Assembly (NCBI GenBank): GCA_964016885.1
Contig: OZ024755.1
Location: 4,774,001 to 4,838,000 of the forward strand
Direction: 5' to 3'
Source of the DNA: Eledone cirrhosa
Lineage: Eukaryota
DNA length: 64,000 bases
Below, one piece after another: positions 1 to 11,480 of this stretch. How positions within the stretch are numbered: the first letter of the stretch is position 1; the number at the start of each line of letters is the position of its first letter. The notes under the pieces were generated by a model. It was given only the letters and a program-made list of their open reading frames with translations, had not been told where the DNA came from and made no database searches. The position numbers and the translations under genes were made by a program.

Positions 1-272
1 AGAGACAGAGAGGGGGGGTTCTCATGGGAGAAAGAGGGAGAAAGAGAGAGACAGACAGACAAAGAGGGGGAGACGTTCTTATGTCTCTTGGGGTAAGAGA
101 GAGAAAGAGTGTGTAAGAATGTTAAAATGGTTCTAAATGGCCGATGAGTCATCTAAGACCTTAATATTCCATGTCCCAGATTGGAACCATTGTTTCATTC
201 AACTCCTTTTCTCTCCTCAAAGATATATTTTATTGTCAGCTCTTGTGTCACGAATGATGTTCTCTACCACCA

Positions 273-274
<2 letters not shown>

Positions 275-312
<38 letters not shown>

Positions 313-720
313 TCTCTCTCTCTCTCTCTCCCCCTTCATCTCTCTTGCTCTCTCTCACACGCACAAAACTCATGTACTCTCCACAACCCTCTCTTTCTCT
401 CTTTCCCTTCATCTCTCTCTCACTTTCTCTTCATCTCTCTCTTCCCTTCATCTCTCTCTCTCTCTCTCTTTCCCTTCATCTCCCTCTCTCTTTCCCTTCA
501 TCTCTCTCTCTCTTTCTCTTCATCTCTCTCTTTCCCTTCCTCTTCATCTCTCTCTTTCCCTTCATCTCTCTCTCTCTCCCTTCATCTCCCTCTCTCTTTC
601 CCTTCATCTCTCTCTCTCTCTTTCCCTTCATATCTCTCTCTCTCTTTCCCTTCATATCTCTCTCTCTCTTTCCCTTCATCTCTCTCTCTCTCTTTCCCTT
701 CATCTCTCTCCCTCTCTCAC
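275..720. repeat. CT-rich microsatellite/minisatellite, (CT)n-TTCCCTTCAT units
   Basis: Repeated ctctctctttcccttcat units of variable (CT) length; explains the Ser/Leu ORFs at 137-787. Confidence 0.95.
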
Positions 721-992
721 ACACACAACTCATGTGTTCTTTGACATGTTTCATGCTCACATGCAGAAAAAAAATAAAATAAAATAAAAATGAAAGTCAG
801 TGACATTTAGCTATTAAGTTTCAAGGTTCTAACGATTTGTAATCCCCCACCCCATCCCATAGTACCCCCACTCCCCACTCCATAACATATTTCTTCATTT
901 CTATCACTCACACACATATAAACACATAAAGTATATGTTAGTCAGAGGCAGATGTAGCTCATAGATAATTCCCTTGAATAATATCAGTTATA

Positions 993-1222
993 TTTTTTTT
1001 AGAGGCTTTCATGCTTGGCAACAAACCCAGTGCTGTAACTAGAAGGATTTTTAGGGAGTAGGAAGATGGCTGCTCCCTTTTAAACATTTTCCTCAAAAGT
1101 GGCATCTTTTTTAGAGGCTTCATGCTTGGCAGTAAACCCAGTGCTGTAACTAGAAGGATTTTTAGGGAGCAGAAAGATGGCTGCCCCTGTTTAAAACACA
1201 TTCTTCAAAAGTAGCGCCTTTT
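993..1222. repeat. Tandem duplication of ~112 bp containing a hAT-like terminus (CAGTGCTGTAACTAG)
   Basis: Two adjacent copies of ttttagaggcttcatgcttggca...cccagtgctgtaactagaaggatttttaggga...cctcaaaagt. Confidence 0.85.
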
Positions 1223-1474
1223 TTTCATAGTTCTTTTTTTTTCAACTTAGTAGATTTTTTTGTGTGATAAAAGTTGAATCTTGGGAATTTCTTGGGAATT
1301 TCTTGAGAATTTCTTGAGAATCTTGGGAATTAAGTTTATGGTCTGAAACACAAGGTTTTCAAAACAAACAGTTGGCAGTCTGATTCATTTTAGCTTTTGT
1401 GCATGACCCAAACAGCATGCAGTAATAAAGTTCTATAAAATTTAATATAATATATTATTGTTTAGAGGCAAATT

Positions 1475-1663
1475 AAGGTTTAGAGTTGGGGGTTAGGGTT
1501 GGTGTTATGGTTAGGGTTAGTGGTAGGGTTGCATTTAGGGTTAGGGTTAGGTTTAGTGGTAGGGCTGCATTTAGGATTAGGTTTAGTGGTAGGGTTGCAT
1601 TTAGGATTAGGTTTAGTGGTAGGGTTGCATTTAGGGTTGGGGTTGGTGTTATTGTTAGGGTTT
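1475..1663 (+). repeat. Degenerate telomere-like (TTAGGG-variant) array with a 30-bp higher-order unit
   Basis: ttagggttagggttagg plus repeated ttaggtttagtggtagggttgcatttagga. Confidence 0.8.
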
Positions 1664-2129
1664 ATGAGACAGGATGATCATGGCTGGAAAGTTGTAGCAC
1701 TTGAATTTTCTTTGCACGTGTACATGACTCATATGTTTAACGCATGCACAAAAACCTATATGAATGAGATTGTCATCTATTTGTTTTGAAAAACTTTCTG
1801 TTTCAGACTGTAAAGTCAAGGATAATGAGAATTAAGTTGCTTTTTCATTTTATGGGAATATTACATTATATCTATTGTTGAGATTGCTTAAAAAACTATC
1901 ATAGATTTATTGTTTTTTAATAAAGAAAAACTGGTAAACAAGGGAAGCTGTAAAGCAGCTAGAAGTTTCTGTTGTTGAATCTTTTCATGACCTCCATGTA
2001 CTGAAAGATTTAATTTATAGCTGTTAATCATTCACAATATATTGTCTCCAATCTTGATAATATGTACCTAGAGTTTTTAGATGTGTATTTAATTAAATGA
2101 TTCAAAATATGCTGGGATTACAATGGTAT

Positions 2130-2625
2130 GATATGGCATGGTCCCGTAACTCCAGGGGAATTGATAGGGGCACTGTATTGACATAATGTTTCTAGGGCAT
2201 TTTTTAAAAACTGGTGGAACCCATCTCCTCTCCAAGCCTGAGTACAGCAGGTTTCTTCCAGAGAAGGATAGAGAGTGAGAGAAAGGAAGTGAGAAAGAGT
2301 TATTATGGTTTCTAATTTTGGCACAAGGCCAGCAATTATCCCAGTTCATTACTGGTACTTTATTTTATCGACTTTGTAAGGATGAAAGACAAAGTTAACC
2401 TCGGTGGGATTTGAACTCAGACCATAAAGGGACGTAACTATACATCAAAGCATGGCGTCCGACCCTCTACCAATCCACCGAGAAAGAGATATAATGATAT
2501 AGAGGAAGAATTGATCCCAGTTCTAGACTGGTACTTTTTTTCTTATTTATCAAACACAAATGGATGAAAGACAAAGTTGACCTCGGTGGGATTTGAACTG
2601 AGAGAGCAGGGAACCAGAGCCACAA
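2130..2625 (-). mobile_element. tRNA-derived SINE, long-tail variant, interrupted by a nested SINE
   Basis: Reverse complement matches the tail and head of the copies at 17113-17400 and 45729-46540; split at gagaaagag by the inner element. Confidence 0.8.
2307..2479 (-). mobile_element. tRNA-derived SINE (main family), nested insertion
   Basis: Reverse complement of the 54903-55089 copy; flanked by the direct repeat gagaaagag(t/a)tat. Confidence 0.9.
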
Positions 2626-2719
2626 AACTCTGACAATAATCTAAAGGAAAACCTTAAGTTTGTGATATTATTGACTATACAACAAGTTGAGAACCACTGT
2701 ACTAAATACACTCCAGTAT

Positions 2720-2986
2720 TTAACCCTTTCATCACCATATATCTAATGAAATACACTCGATTTCAATTATATAATAAAGTTTTCTGAGAGATTTACTAAA
2801 ATTATTAATTATTTCATTAATAAGATAGTAACTTAACATTTGGTTCTTATATAAAATAATGTTGGAAGATTTTAATTTAAGTAGGAACCTTTTAAAATGA
2901 GTGGTTTTATTTCATAGAACCAGGGCTGGTTTTGGGGTAGATGGGTAGATGGGATGTTATCAAAAGATGGTATGGAAAGGGTTAAG
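2720..2986. mobile_element. piggyBac-like MITE, family 2 (TTAA-CCCTTT...AAAGGG-TTAA)
   Basis: ttaaccctttc at 2720 and gaaagggttaa at ~2985; similar to 29607-29975; its right end is reiterated to ~3150. Confidence 0.65.
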
Positions 2987-3383
2987 AGTGGTTTGGGGTA
3001 AGTGGGATGGTATCAAAGGATGGTATGGAAGTGGTTAAGAATGATTTGGGGGTAGGTGGGTTGATGGGAAGGTATGGAAAGGGTTAAGAGTGGTTTGGAG
3101 TAGGTGGGGAGGTGGGAGGGCATCAAAAGATGGTATGAAATAAGTTAAAATGTGTAAGAATTCTTCCTGTTTACTTGAGATGTTGTGAGATTTGGTTGCC
3201 ACAGTGATATTGACAATGAATTTTGGACGAACTGGGGGGGGGGGGTCTAGTTAGTTTTAATGACGCTTCCTCTTATGTAACATGCTACTGCACACACACA
3301 TATATACATATACATATACACACTTAAGTACACACACATTTACATACATGCACACATATATATATGCATATGCACACATATAC

Positions 3384-3430
3384 AACCCATGCTAGCGTGG
3401 AAAATGGACGTTAGATGATGATGATGATGA
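3384..3430 (+). mobile_element. RTE LINE 3' tail fragment with (GAT)n
   Basis: aacccatgctagcgtggaaaatggacgttagatgatgatg matches the terminus of the RTE at 37620-38486. Similar isolated tails occur at ~5900-5970, 6470-6590 (x2), 18530-18580, 32515-32575, 34600-34650, 44130-44170 and 58960-59055. Confidence 0.8.
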
Positions 3431-3613
3431 CACACACACACACATATATACACAGATATATATATACACACACATATATATATACACACACATACATATA
3501 TATGTATATATATATATATGTCAGGAAGTAGAGAGGTTAGGCATTTTACAAGCTAACACAACAAGCATCATTATTTTATCATTAATTTTCCACTGTCTGG
3601 TGTGAGATGGGTG

Positions 3614-3894
3614 GGTCTATTTCACTGGTGTGGGTTGGGTCGGTCTATTTCACTGGTGTGGGTTAGACAGGTCTATTTCACTGGTGTGGGTTGGGTGGGT
3701 CTATTTCACTGGTGTGGGTTGGGTCGGTCTATTTCACTGGTGTGGGTTAGACAGGTCTATTTCACTGGTGTGGGTTGGGTGGGTCTATTTCACTGGTGTG
3801 TGTTGGGTGGGTCTATTTCACTAGTGTGGGTTAGACAGGTCTATTTCACTGGTGTGGGTTAGACAGGTCTATTTCACTGGTGTGGGTTAGACAG
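3614..3894. repeat. 28-bp minisatellite x10 with an 84-bp higher-order period
   Basis: Unit ggtctatttcactggtgtgggtt(gggtc/agaca/gggtg). Confidence 0.95.
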
Positions 3895-4257
3895 ATCTGA
3901 ATACAGCAGATTTCTTCCAGAGAAAGATAGAGATTGGAAGAGAGGAATTTAACTTGTTATATTGGTTCATAACTAGACGTAGTAGCACTGCTTGAATTTG
4001 GAAATGAAAAATAAACCAGAACTTTAGTTTTACAGTTAATAGTTCTTTTATCACTGAATTAACCGGTGCAGACATTGTGAAAAGTACATTATGTTACTAA
4101 GTTAATCTTATTAACTATTTACCATCAATAAAAGGTTAGAATGCTAACATTTTAGTCAACAGTTAAAAATATAATTTGTTCAGCGTCTACTGTCAAGATG
4201 TTGAAAATGAACTTCACAATTTTGAAATAACTTTGTCTGATCTGATTTAGGTGCAGA

Positions 4258-4385
4258 ACCAGCAAAGTTGGGGGATGAAAGGCAAAGTTGACCTTGGTGG
4301 GATTTGAACTCAGAACGTAAAGAGGCAGTAACTAAATACCAGAAGACATTTTATCTCACACTCTAACAATTCTGCCAATCCACCC
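4258..4385 (-). mobile_element. tRNA-derived SINE, partial
   Basis: ggatgaaaggcaaagttgaccttggtgggatttgaactcag...ctgccaatccacc. Confidence 0.8.
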
Positions 4386-4414
4386 ACCCACCTACCCTTA
4401 CAGTTATCAAATAA

Positions 4415-4600
4415 ATGTTTCTACTTTTGGCACAAGGCCAGCAATTACCTAGGGCATTACTGGTACTTTATTTTATCGACCCCGTAAGGATGAAAGGCAA
4501 AGTTAACCTCGGCGGGATTTAAACTAAGGATGGCAAGGGCCATAACTCTATGCGTCAAAGCATGGCGTCCGACCCTCTACCGATACTGCCAATCCACCGT
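4415..4600 (-). mobile_element. tRNA-derived SINE (main family), full length
   Basis: Colinear reverse complement of 54903-55089. Confidence 0.9.
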
Positions 4601-4964
4601 AAAATATAACTCCATTTGTGTATGAAGGGATCAACAATACATGACAGATTGTGTGGGAATAAAAGTCAGTAAATTAAGAATGTAAAAATGTAAGCTGAAT
4701 ATGATGTACATTTAAATAACAAGATTGAAACTGTTTTCTCACCCAACTCTTCATTTTGAAACAATCTTCACTGATATACAAGGAGCAAAGTTTATTATTA
4801 TTTTAATATATATATATTTTTCCAATTAAATTAAAGAGTGCTTAGTGGTAGATTGGTCTTTGATAGATTGTGTGTAACAGTACAGTGAAGGATCTTTACT
4901 TATTCAATACACATCAGATGGGACTAAAACATAACAGCTACATTTTCCTACATGAGATGGAGTT

Positions 4965-5082
4965 TATATTGAGGTTGTGAGTTTGATTCCCAGGCTAGGC
5001 AATGTACCTCGTTGTTGTATATATTTAGTGGTTAGAGAATTGGGTTCACAAATTGTGAGGTTGCGAGTTCGATTCCCAGCAC
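4965..5082 (+). mobile_element. tRNA-like SINE heads, two partial copies
   Basis: A-box-like tagtggttag and B-box gagttcgattccc. Confidence 0.55.
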
Positions 5083-5459
5083 TCTACAGGTGAAAGATAT
5101 GGTAAAATGTTTAAATGGGCTCGACAGATGAGATACAAAAGACTATATTAAAATAAATCATACTAAGTTGTCTGTATGTGGACATTTATATGCTATGTAT
5201 AATGGCACTTTGTATATACACATGTATTTACACACACATATATATGTGTGTGTGTGTGTGCAGCTCTGTGTATATTTTGGTATTTAAATGTTTACTTCCT
5301 GATATCAGTGCTATTATTAAATCTGGGATTCCACATACTGTCTAAATCTACCTAAGTTATGACTTCTTTAATTCAATGCTATATATGGCAGCAGTATTGT
5401 AGAAAACCTGATATAGGTACCGATTCTAGAGATCCTTGTGATTCTGACAACATTAATTT

Positions 5460-5750
5460 TCTCCAGTAAGGGTTAGGTTTTTGGTTTCAACGTAGCATCA
5501 CATTACTAACAAAAGTAGTAATTTATTCTTTGAAAGCTTTGCTCTTTAGGCCCAAAATATGCACCATTATTAATGTTCTCCAGTAAGTTTGAGAGTTAGA
5601 GGAGTAGGTTTTGGTTTCAACGTAGCATCAGGTTACCAACAAAGTAGCAATTTAGGTTTTAAAAGCTCTGCTCTTTGGCTCCAAACCATGCACCATTTTC
5701 AAAGACATTAGTAAGTTTGAGTGTTAGGGTTAGGTTTTGATTTCAAACAC
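5460..5750. repeat. Diverged ~130-bp tandem triplication
   Basis: Repeats of ggttaggtttttggtttcaacgtagcatca...aaagctttgctcttt...atgcaccatt. Confidence 0.75.
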
Positions 5751-6817
5751 ATCATTAATCTTTCAGAATCACATGATCAACTTTCATACCCTTTAGTCTT
5801 TGGTGGAGAGATCACACTGGCTTCATAGAGAACTCTCTAATGTGTGTGTGTATATAAGAGAGAGAGAGACAGACATTAGCAACAAGTGGGGAGAGATTGT
5901 GCTGAGAAAGACCCGTCCAACCCATACAAGCATAGAACACCAAATGTAAAATGATAATGATGATGATATATCTGTTGTTTATCCCCAGCCAGCTCTCTTC
6001 AAGCAGATAAGCCACTAGTTGACTGGTGCAACCCTTGCACACCATATTGCATTATAACATGTAGTGTTTGGTTTTATGCAGAAATTTATATTGACTAGGT
6101 GCATGTATATTCCTGGATGGTTACCAGTTTCAAAGTATCTTGTTCTGTGAATTTGGTTAGTACCATGAAAGTGATCTCATTATCTTTCTTTAATCTTCGT
6201 GCCAATTCACGCACACACGTGTATATGTGTGCGTATTTACATGTTTGCACATACACATACATACACATACGTGTACATATACACACATACACATTGACAT
6301 TAAGTGTCTCTATGGAATGTACTTGTAAATATCATGTATTGCGGCATATTTAGAATTTAGTTCAAGCTGCACTATTTTAAAACATTATCATTCATGTACA
6401 TACTGTGTGTGAGTGTAAAATATTTTGTCTTTATATGTCTCCCTTTATTTCAATGTTACCATTGACTAGTTACCATCTAACCCATGTTACAATGGAAGAC
6501 AGACGTTAAATGATAATGATGATGACTATTTACCATCTAACCCATTTTATTGTGGACGACAGACGTTAAACGATGATGATGATGACTATTCAATAGTTTT
6601 TAATACCTTATTATAATCTATAAGAATGGTGTTTAATACATATTTTATTAACTTTTATTCTTTATATTTGATTTTTGTTTCCAGAAACCATGTGTGTATG
6701 TGTGGTTTTTTTTTGGGGGGGGGGGGGGTTTATCATATTCTACAATCGGATAATATTTTCTGCAAATTACTGTGATATAGCACATCTGTAATAAACTCTA
6801 TTAAGATATATCCTATC

Positions 6818-6970
6818 AAATTTTGCCCAGTTTATTTAGCAGCCATGATGTATCACATACCCAGGTTTAATTTTGTGACCCTAGTTAAAACATTTACTTA
6901 AAATTCTGCCCAGTTTATTTAGTAGCTGTAATATATCACATACCTAGGTTTAATTATGTGACTCTAGATT
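6818..6970. repeat. ~83-bp tandem duplication
   Basis: aaattttgcccagtttatttag...atcacatacccaggtttaatt occurs twice. Confidence 0.8.
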
Positions 6971-7391
6971 TGAAATTTTATAAACTAGAATTAGTGTACT
7001 TCCCAATTAGTGAGACATCCAAGCACAACCATCAGGATTCTGTTGGTAAGGGTCACTGGCCTCACTGGACAGGATGTTTTTGCTGCGATGAGAGATTGGA
7101 AAGTCTGGAACAAGAACTTTGTACATGCTTCCCCTTCAATGGAGGGATGACTCGAGAAAAAGAAGAGATATGAACTTCAATATCATATCATGTCAGTCAT
7201 TTTATTTCTCTGCTGTTTTCAGTATTCTTGTAGTTGACTTTATCTGGAATCTCGTTTAACTCCAATGCCTGTGTCAATTGTGTAATTGAACTGAAATTTA
7301 TAGCTCACACTTACATCAGTTTAGCTGACCTCCCACGAAGTTGTATTTCATAGGAGGTTTCTTATGTTTTAATAATAGGGTCGTAAAAAAA

Positions 7392-7510
7392 CAATGAAAT
7401 GAAGTGTCTTTCTCAAGAACACACCATGCTGCCTAGTCCAAGAATCAAACCCATAACCTTATGATCATGGGTCTAACAATATAACCACTCAGCGTTCAGC
7501 CATGTGCCTT
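7392..7510 (-). mobile_element. tRNA-derived SINE family 2, head
   Basis: Reverse complement resembles 41735-41860 (tgtgttcttgagcaagacacttcatttcattg). Confidence 0.7.
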
Positions 7511-8214
7511 TAGTAGAACCCACCCTGTTTCAAGTATTCAGATCATGTTTCCTGCCTGAGGATAATTAAATAGATTCAGAAGCAAGACATGATTTCTTAT
7601 TCCCATTAGTCTCAAAGGTCCCTGTAAAAATGTCATAAACTGCCCTTTCTCTTCTGATGAAGCCATATGAAAAAAAGGGGTTTAGGTTATTCTCTATTTT
7701 AGTTAACCCTCAAAACCTGATTCACTGCAGGGATATTTTTAATGGCATCAATATAACTTTTAAAAGGATTCAGTTAAAATTGTTTTCTGCTCTGCATTTA
7801 GATGCGATTGGTGTACTAAATTAGTATTTATAGCTGTTTTACCATAATTCTCCTGACGGACTCAAGCTGACATCTGCGAAAGTCATTATCCTTCTCTCCC
7901 CGTATTCTATTTCATACAAATAAATCATATCTCTTTCTCTTCTCAAACTAACATATTAACCGTGTTTTCTTAAATTTGTATTTATTTAAGCGTAGGCTTA
8001 CAGTTTTATCCATGCCTTGTTATATCACAGGAGTTAGCTGCTCTTGACACCAAGCTTATAAGTATTTCAGGCTAAATCAACATAGAACCCTTATATTTTC
8101 AGCTATTTAACAATATAAATATTCATAGTTTCATATATTTACAATATTAAACTATGTCTGTATATCTTTCTTCAGTTTGTACATTTAGAATATAATTTCA
8201 ACATATACTTATAG

Positions 8215-8363
8215 CATGGCTTGGATGCTACAGGCTTCCCTTCCCAGCTCAAGCCAGCAGGGCTGGACCAAGGGGACAGCAAAAGCCAGATGGCATGACC
8301 ATCTTCCTGTTCCATGGTGGTAAACCCCTCATCTGGGATGTCACATGCAGTGACACAGTCTCC
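8215..8363 (+). pseudogene. CRE-clade non-LTR retrotransposon restriction-like endonuclease fragment (frameshifted)
   Basis: Manual translation: HGLDATGFPSQLKPAGLDQGDSK, then a 1-nt frameshift, then PDGMTIFLFHGGKPLIWDVTCSDTVS. This fits the R-P-D-G...W-D-x-T-C-x-D-T motif of CRE-type RLE domains. Confidence 0.7.
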
Positions 8364-8369
8364 ATTTGG

Positions 8370-8672
8370 TGAGAGAAAGGCAGAGCGTGGATGAGTTGGG
8401 GGAGAAGTAGGGTTCAAGAGTAATCAGAGGTGGTGTGCAGGAGAAAAGACTGGTACAGACATGTGATGTGCATGGATGATGATCACTGTGTGAAGAAGTG
8501 CCAGGAAATGCCAGTGGAAGAAAGCCACGGTTGAGGTTGATCATGGGGCAGGGTTTATGAGAGTGGACCTCAAATCTCTGCAACTCAGAGGAGATGACGA
8601 AGGAATGCGACGAGTGGAGAGATACCGTCCAAGCGTGGAAAAACGGACATAAAAACAGCGACGATGATGATA
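8370..8672 (+). mobile_element. RTE LINE 3' end, short-3'UTR subfamily, degenerate
   Basis: Encodes remnants similar to ERQSVDEL...RGGVQEKRL..RHVMCMDDDHCVKKC, homologous to ORF 37620-37991; ends in an aaaacggac...gatgatgat tail. Confidence 0.8.
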
Positions 8673-8847
8673 ATGTTAAATTTCAGGGCAGTTAAACTTA
8701 CCAAAAATTTAGTAGCAACTCTTCTGTGAAGTAAAGTTAGTTTGTTTTATCATATTTTCTTGGATGCTCTAGTTTCTGTTTCTCTTTAGGCTTTATCTTG
8801 TTTTCTAACAGAAGTCATGGAAAAACATTTTATTCTTTACTTGTTAG

Positions 8848-8939
8848 AAATTTAATGGTAATAGATATCATATTACATAGTTTACTATGTAATATGATAT
8901 CTATTTATGCTTATTTGAGATATATTTACCATTAAATTT
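8848..8939. repeat. Fold-back inverted repeat: perfect 21-bp stem plus outer arms
   Basis: aatagatatcatattacatag-ttta-ctatgtaatatgatatctatt, with outer arms aaatttaatggtaa and ttaccattaaattt. Confidence 0.9.
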
Positions 8940-9037
8940 GCCTTATTTTCATTCTTTGTTTGTTTATATATATTATATATATGACCAGTAATACACTGGT
9001 AATTGCTGGCCTTGTGCCAAAAGTAGAAACAATTATA

Positions 9038-9268
9038 TTGCATGTTGAAGACACTTGAATGGTAAGGATGGTAGGCTACAAAGAGTATTCTTTTATTTTG
9101 AAGCTTGAATCATCATCATCATCACTGTTTAGTGTGGAAAATGGACGTTAAACGGTGATGATGATGATGATTCAAGCTTCAAAATAAAAGAACTACATAA
9201 ACCCTTTGTAGCCTACCATCCTTACCAGCTGTGTCATGTGTCAGGTGTCATGTGTCTTCAACATGCAA
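9038..9268. repeat. Fold-back inverted duplication (~90-bp arm) centred on an RTE tail
   Basis: ttgcatgttgaagacac..tggtaaggatggtaggctacaaag..ttcttttattttgaagcttgaatcatcatcatcatcactgttta is mirrored after a 17-nt loop. Confidence 0.9.
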
Positions 9269-9500
9269 GGTCATGTGATGATGGGAGGCAATGGAACCTA
9301 CTACAATACTTTTACCATGGGAGTCACCACTAATGTGAAACAAAAATGTGAAACACAAATGTGACATGGAAGACCTCTCAAGACATTAAAGAGACTCATT
9401 GAGGAAGATAGAGAATTATCTGGTGAAGAACTGAGGTTGTTAATATAGGATTGTGTGAGACGGGAAGGTTTTATCATGTCACCACAAAGAAGTGGATGTA
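9268..9500 (+). mobile_element. LINE (RTE/RTEX-like) C-terminal remnant running into a (GTA)n tail
   Basis: Translation HGRPLKTLKRLIEEDRELSGEELRLLI*DCVRR resembles the GRPxKT...DR-W post-RT motif. Confidence 0.5.
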
Positions 9501-9800
9501 GTAGTAGTAGTAGTGGTGGTCATTGTCATAGTAACAGTGGTGGAGGTGGGAGTAGTAGTAGCAATGGTGGTGGTGGTGGTAGTAGTTTCAACAGTGGTGG
9601 TGGTGGTGGTGGTGGTTAGTTGTAATAGCAGTAGTAGCAGCAATAGTGCTAGTAGTAGCAGCAGCAGTAGTGGTGGTGGTGGAGGAGGCGGCAGTAGTAG
9701 TAGCAATGGTGGTGGTGGTAATAGTAGTTTCAACAGCAGCAGTAGTAGTGGTGGTGGTGGTGGTGGCAGCAGTAGTAGTAGTAGTGGTGATGGTAGTAGC
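9496..9800. repeat. Compound trinucleotide microsatellite (GTA/GGT/GCA)n
   Basis: Direct inspection. Confidence 0.95.
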
Positions 9801-10082
9801 CCTTCTAATATACTGAAATGGAAGGTCAATCCTTCCACAACAATTGTAACATCCATGGCTTTGCTTTTTTTTTTTTTTTAACGACATCCTGAGTTAGAAT
9901 GTAACATCTGCTTTGCATCCTGAAAATGTTGCCATCATAAAAGCAAATTAATAGAGAAAACCGTATCCATAGAGTGTTGAGGCCTAATTAGCTACTGGAT
10001 AAAATATCAGCCCTCTAGAATCATGAGTTCATGTTTCATTGTATATGTTTTCATGTGTTGTTAAGACATCGTTTGGTGGCAA

Positions 10083-10305
10083 TTGTGGTCCATGTTTAGT
10101 TTCTCGAGTTTGGGAAGGTGGGTGGTCCATGTTTGACTTGTCAAATTTTGGAAGGTAGGCTGTCCATGTTTGACTTGTCAAATTTTGGAAAGGTGGGTGG
10201 TCCATGTTTGACTTGTCAAATTTTGGAAAGATGGGTGGACCGCATTCAGTTCGCGGAGTTTGGGAAAGTGGGCGGTCCATGATTGGTTTGCCAAATTTGG
10301 AGACT
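10083..10305. repeat. ~37-bp diverged minisatellite x6
   Basis: Unit ggtgggtggtccatgtttgacttgtcaaattttggaa. Confidence 0.85.
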
Positions 10306-10801
10306 GGGTCACCGGCTGGTTTAGCAAGAGACATGAGTACTGGTTAGCTTTCGGTTTAGGGTGTTTGCTAAGTGTATTGTGGACTGATTGGAGCAACAGC
10401 GGTCTTATTGTTATTGTCTCACTATACCCACAGTAGTTGTAATGATATGTGAATGAAGAATTGAAGAATATTATAATACAATAAAGAAAATAAAATGACG
10501 AAATACATACATTCAAGTATTCCCCTGAGTAGCGAGCATATGAATAGTTTTGTGTGGAGATGGGGGGGTGAGGGTGGAGGTGGTGGTTGTTTGGTCGTGA
10601 TGGCGGTGGTTGTCGAGGTGGTGGTGGTGGTTCTACTACTACTACTACTACTATTAATAATAATAATAATGATGATAATATGATAATAATAATAAATATG
10701 ACAGAGGAAAGTCAGTGTCCATGTGAGAATGTCAGAAATATGGACAGATATTCTTACAATATTAAATGGAGAGAGACGGAGCAAGAGGGGGAGAGACAGA
10801 A

Positions 10802-10854
<53 letters not shown>

Positions 10855-11179
10855 TAGACTTGGTTGGTGAGTTAGAAAGACAGGAATAATATATTCCAAT
10901 AGTCATTGATATAGTAAAAGTGATAGTAAAGGTAAGTGAAGTTGTAATTTGAGTAAACCAGTGTGGTAGTAGTTTTAGTATGTTTCTAGTAGCAAGAGTA
11001 ATGGGCACATGACATTAAATCTCTTGGGAAATGGAATTGATAGACTTAGGTGTAGAACTGTTACAGATCATAAGGTTACAAGCTGATCAGAATTAATATC
11101 AGTTGTATGAGATTTGCTACTCTAAAAGATTGAAATATTTAAAAGTAATTTTTCATTATTTCAGCATCAGGAAAAATGG

Positions 11180-11370
11180 CAGTGGATTAGTTGAATCTGT
11201 AGAGCAACAGACAACTTGCTTTGCGACATAGAGTTATGTCACATTACATTCTGAGTCTGAATCCTACCGAGGTTAGCATTGCCTTGCATCCTTAGAATGT
11301 CAATAAAATAAAGTACCAGTAATGCATTAGAGTCGATTTAATTGCTGGCCTTGTGCCAAACATTGAAGCA
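11180..11370 (+). mobile_element. tRNA-derived SINE (main family), diverged
   Basis: gtggattag...ctgagtctgaatcc...taaagtaccagtaatgc...gctggccttgtgccaaa. Confidence 0.8.
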
Positions 11371-11480
11371 AAATATGAACCTAATGTTGATGAACCTTTA
11401 AAATCATTATACAACCCATGAGGCTTTCTAATAGCTGAATTATTTGTTAGACATACAGAAATAATGTAGAGTTTCCTGAC

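Noticed and set aside
137-787. Ser/Leu-rich ORFs, also at 48019-48650
   Set aside because: Translations of (CT)n microsatellites.
4965-5082. Possible tRNA gene
   Set aside because: A and B boxes are present but no complete cloverleaf or acceptor stem; it matches SINE heads.
7645-7895. ctgatgaagcc (7654) and ctgacgga...cgaaa (7853) motifs
   Set aside because: Stems cannot be formed convincingly; too degenerate to call.
9479-9887. Poly-Val/Ser/Gly/Thr/Leu/His ORFs, also at 16278, 19587-20316, 29248, 34865 and 42000
   Set aside because: Trinucleotide tracts that are open in multiple frames on both strands.
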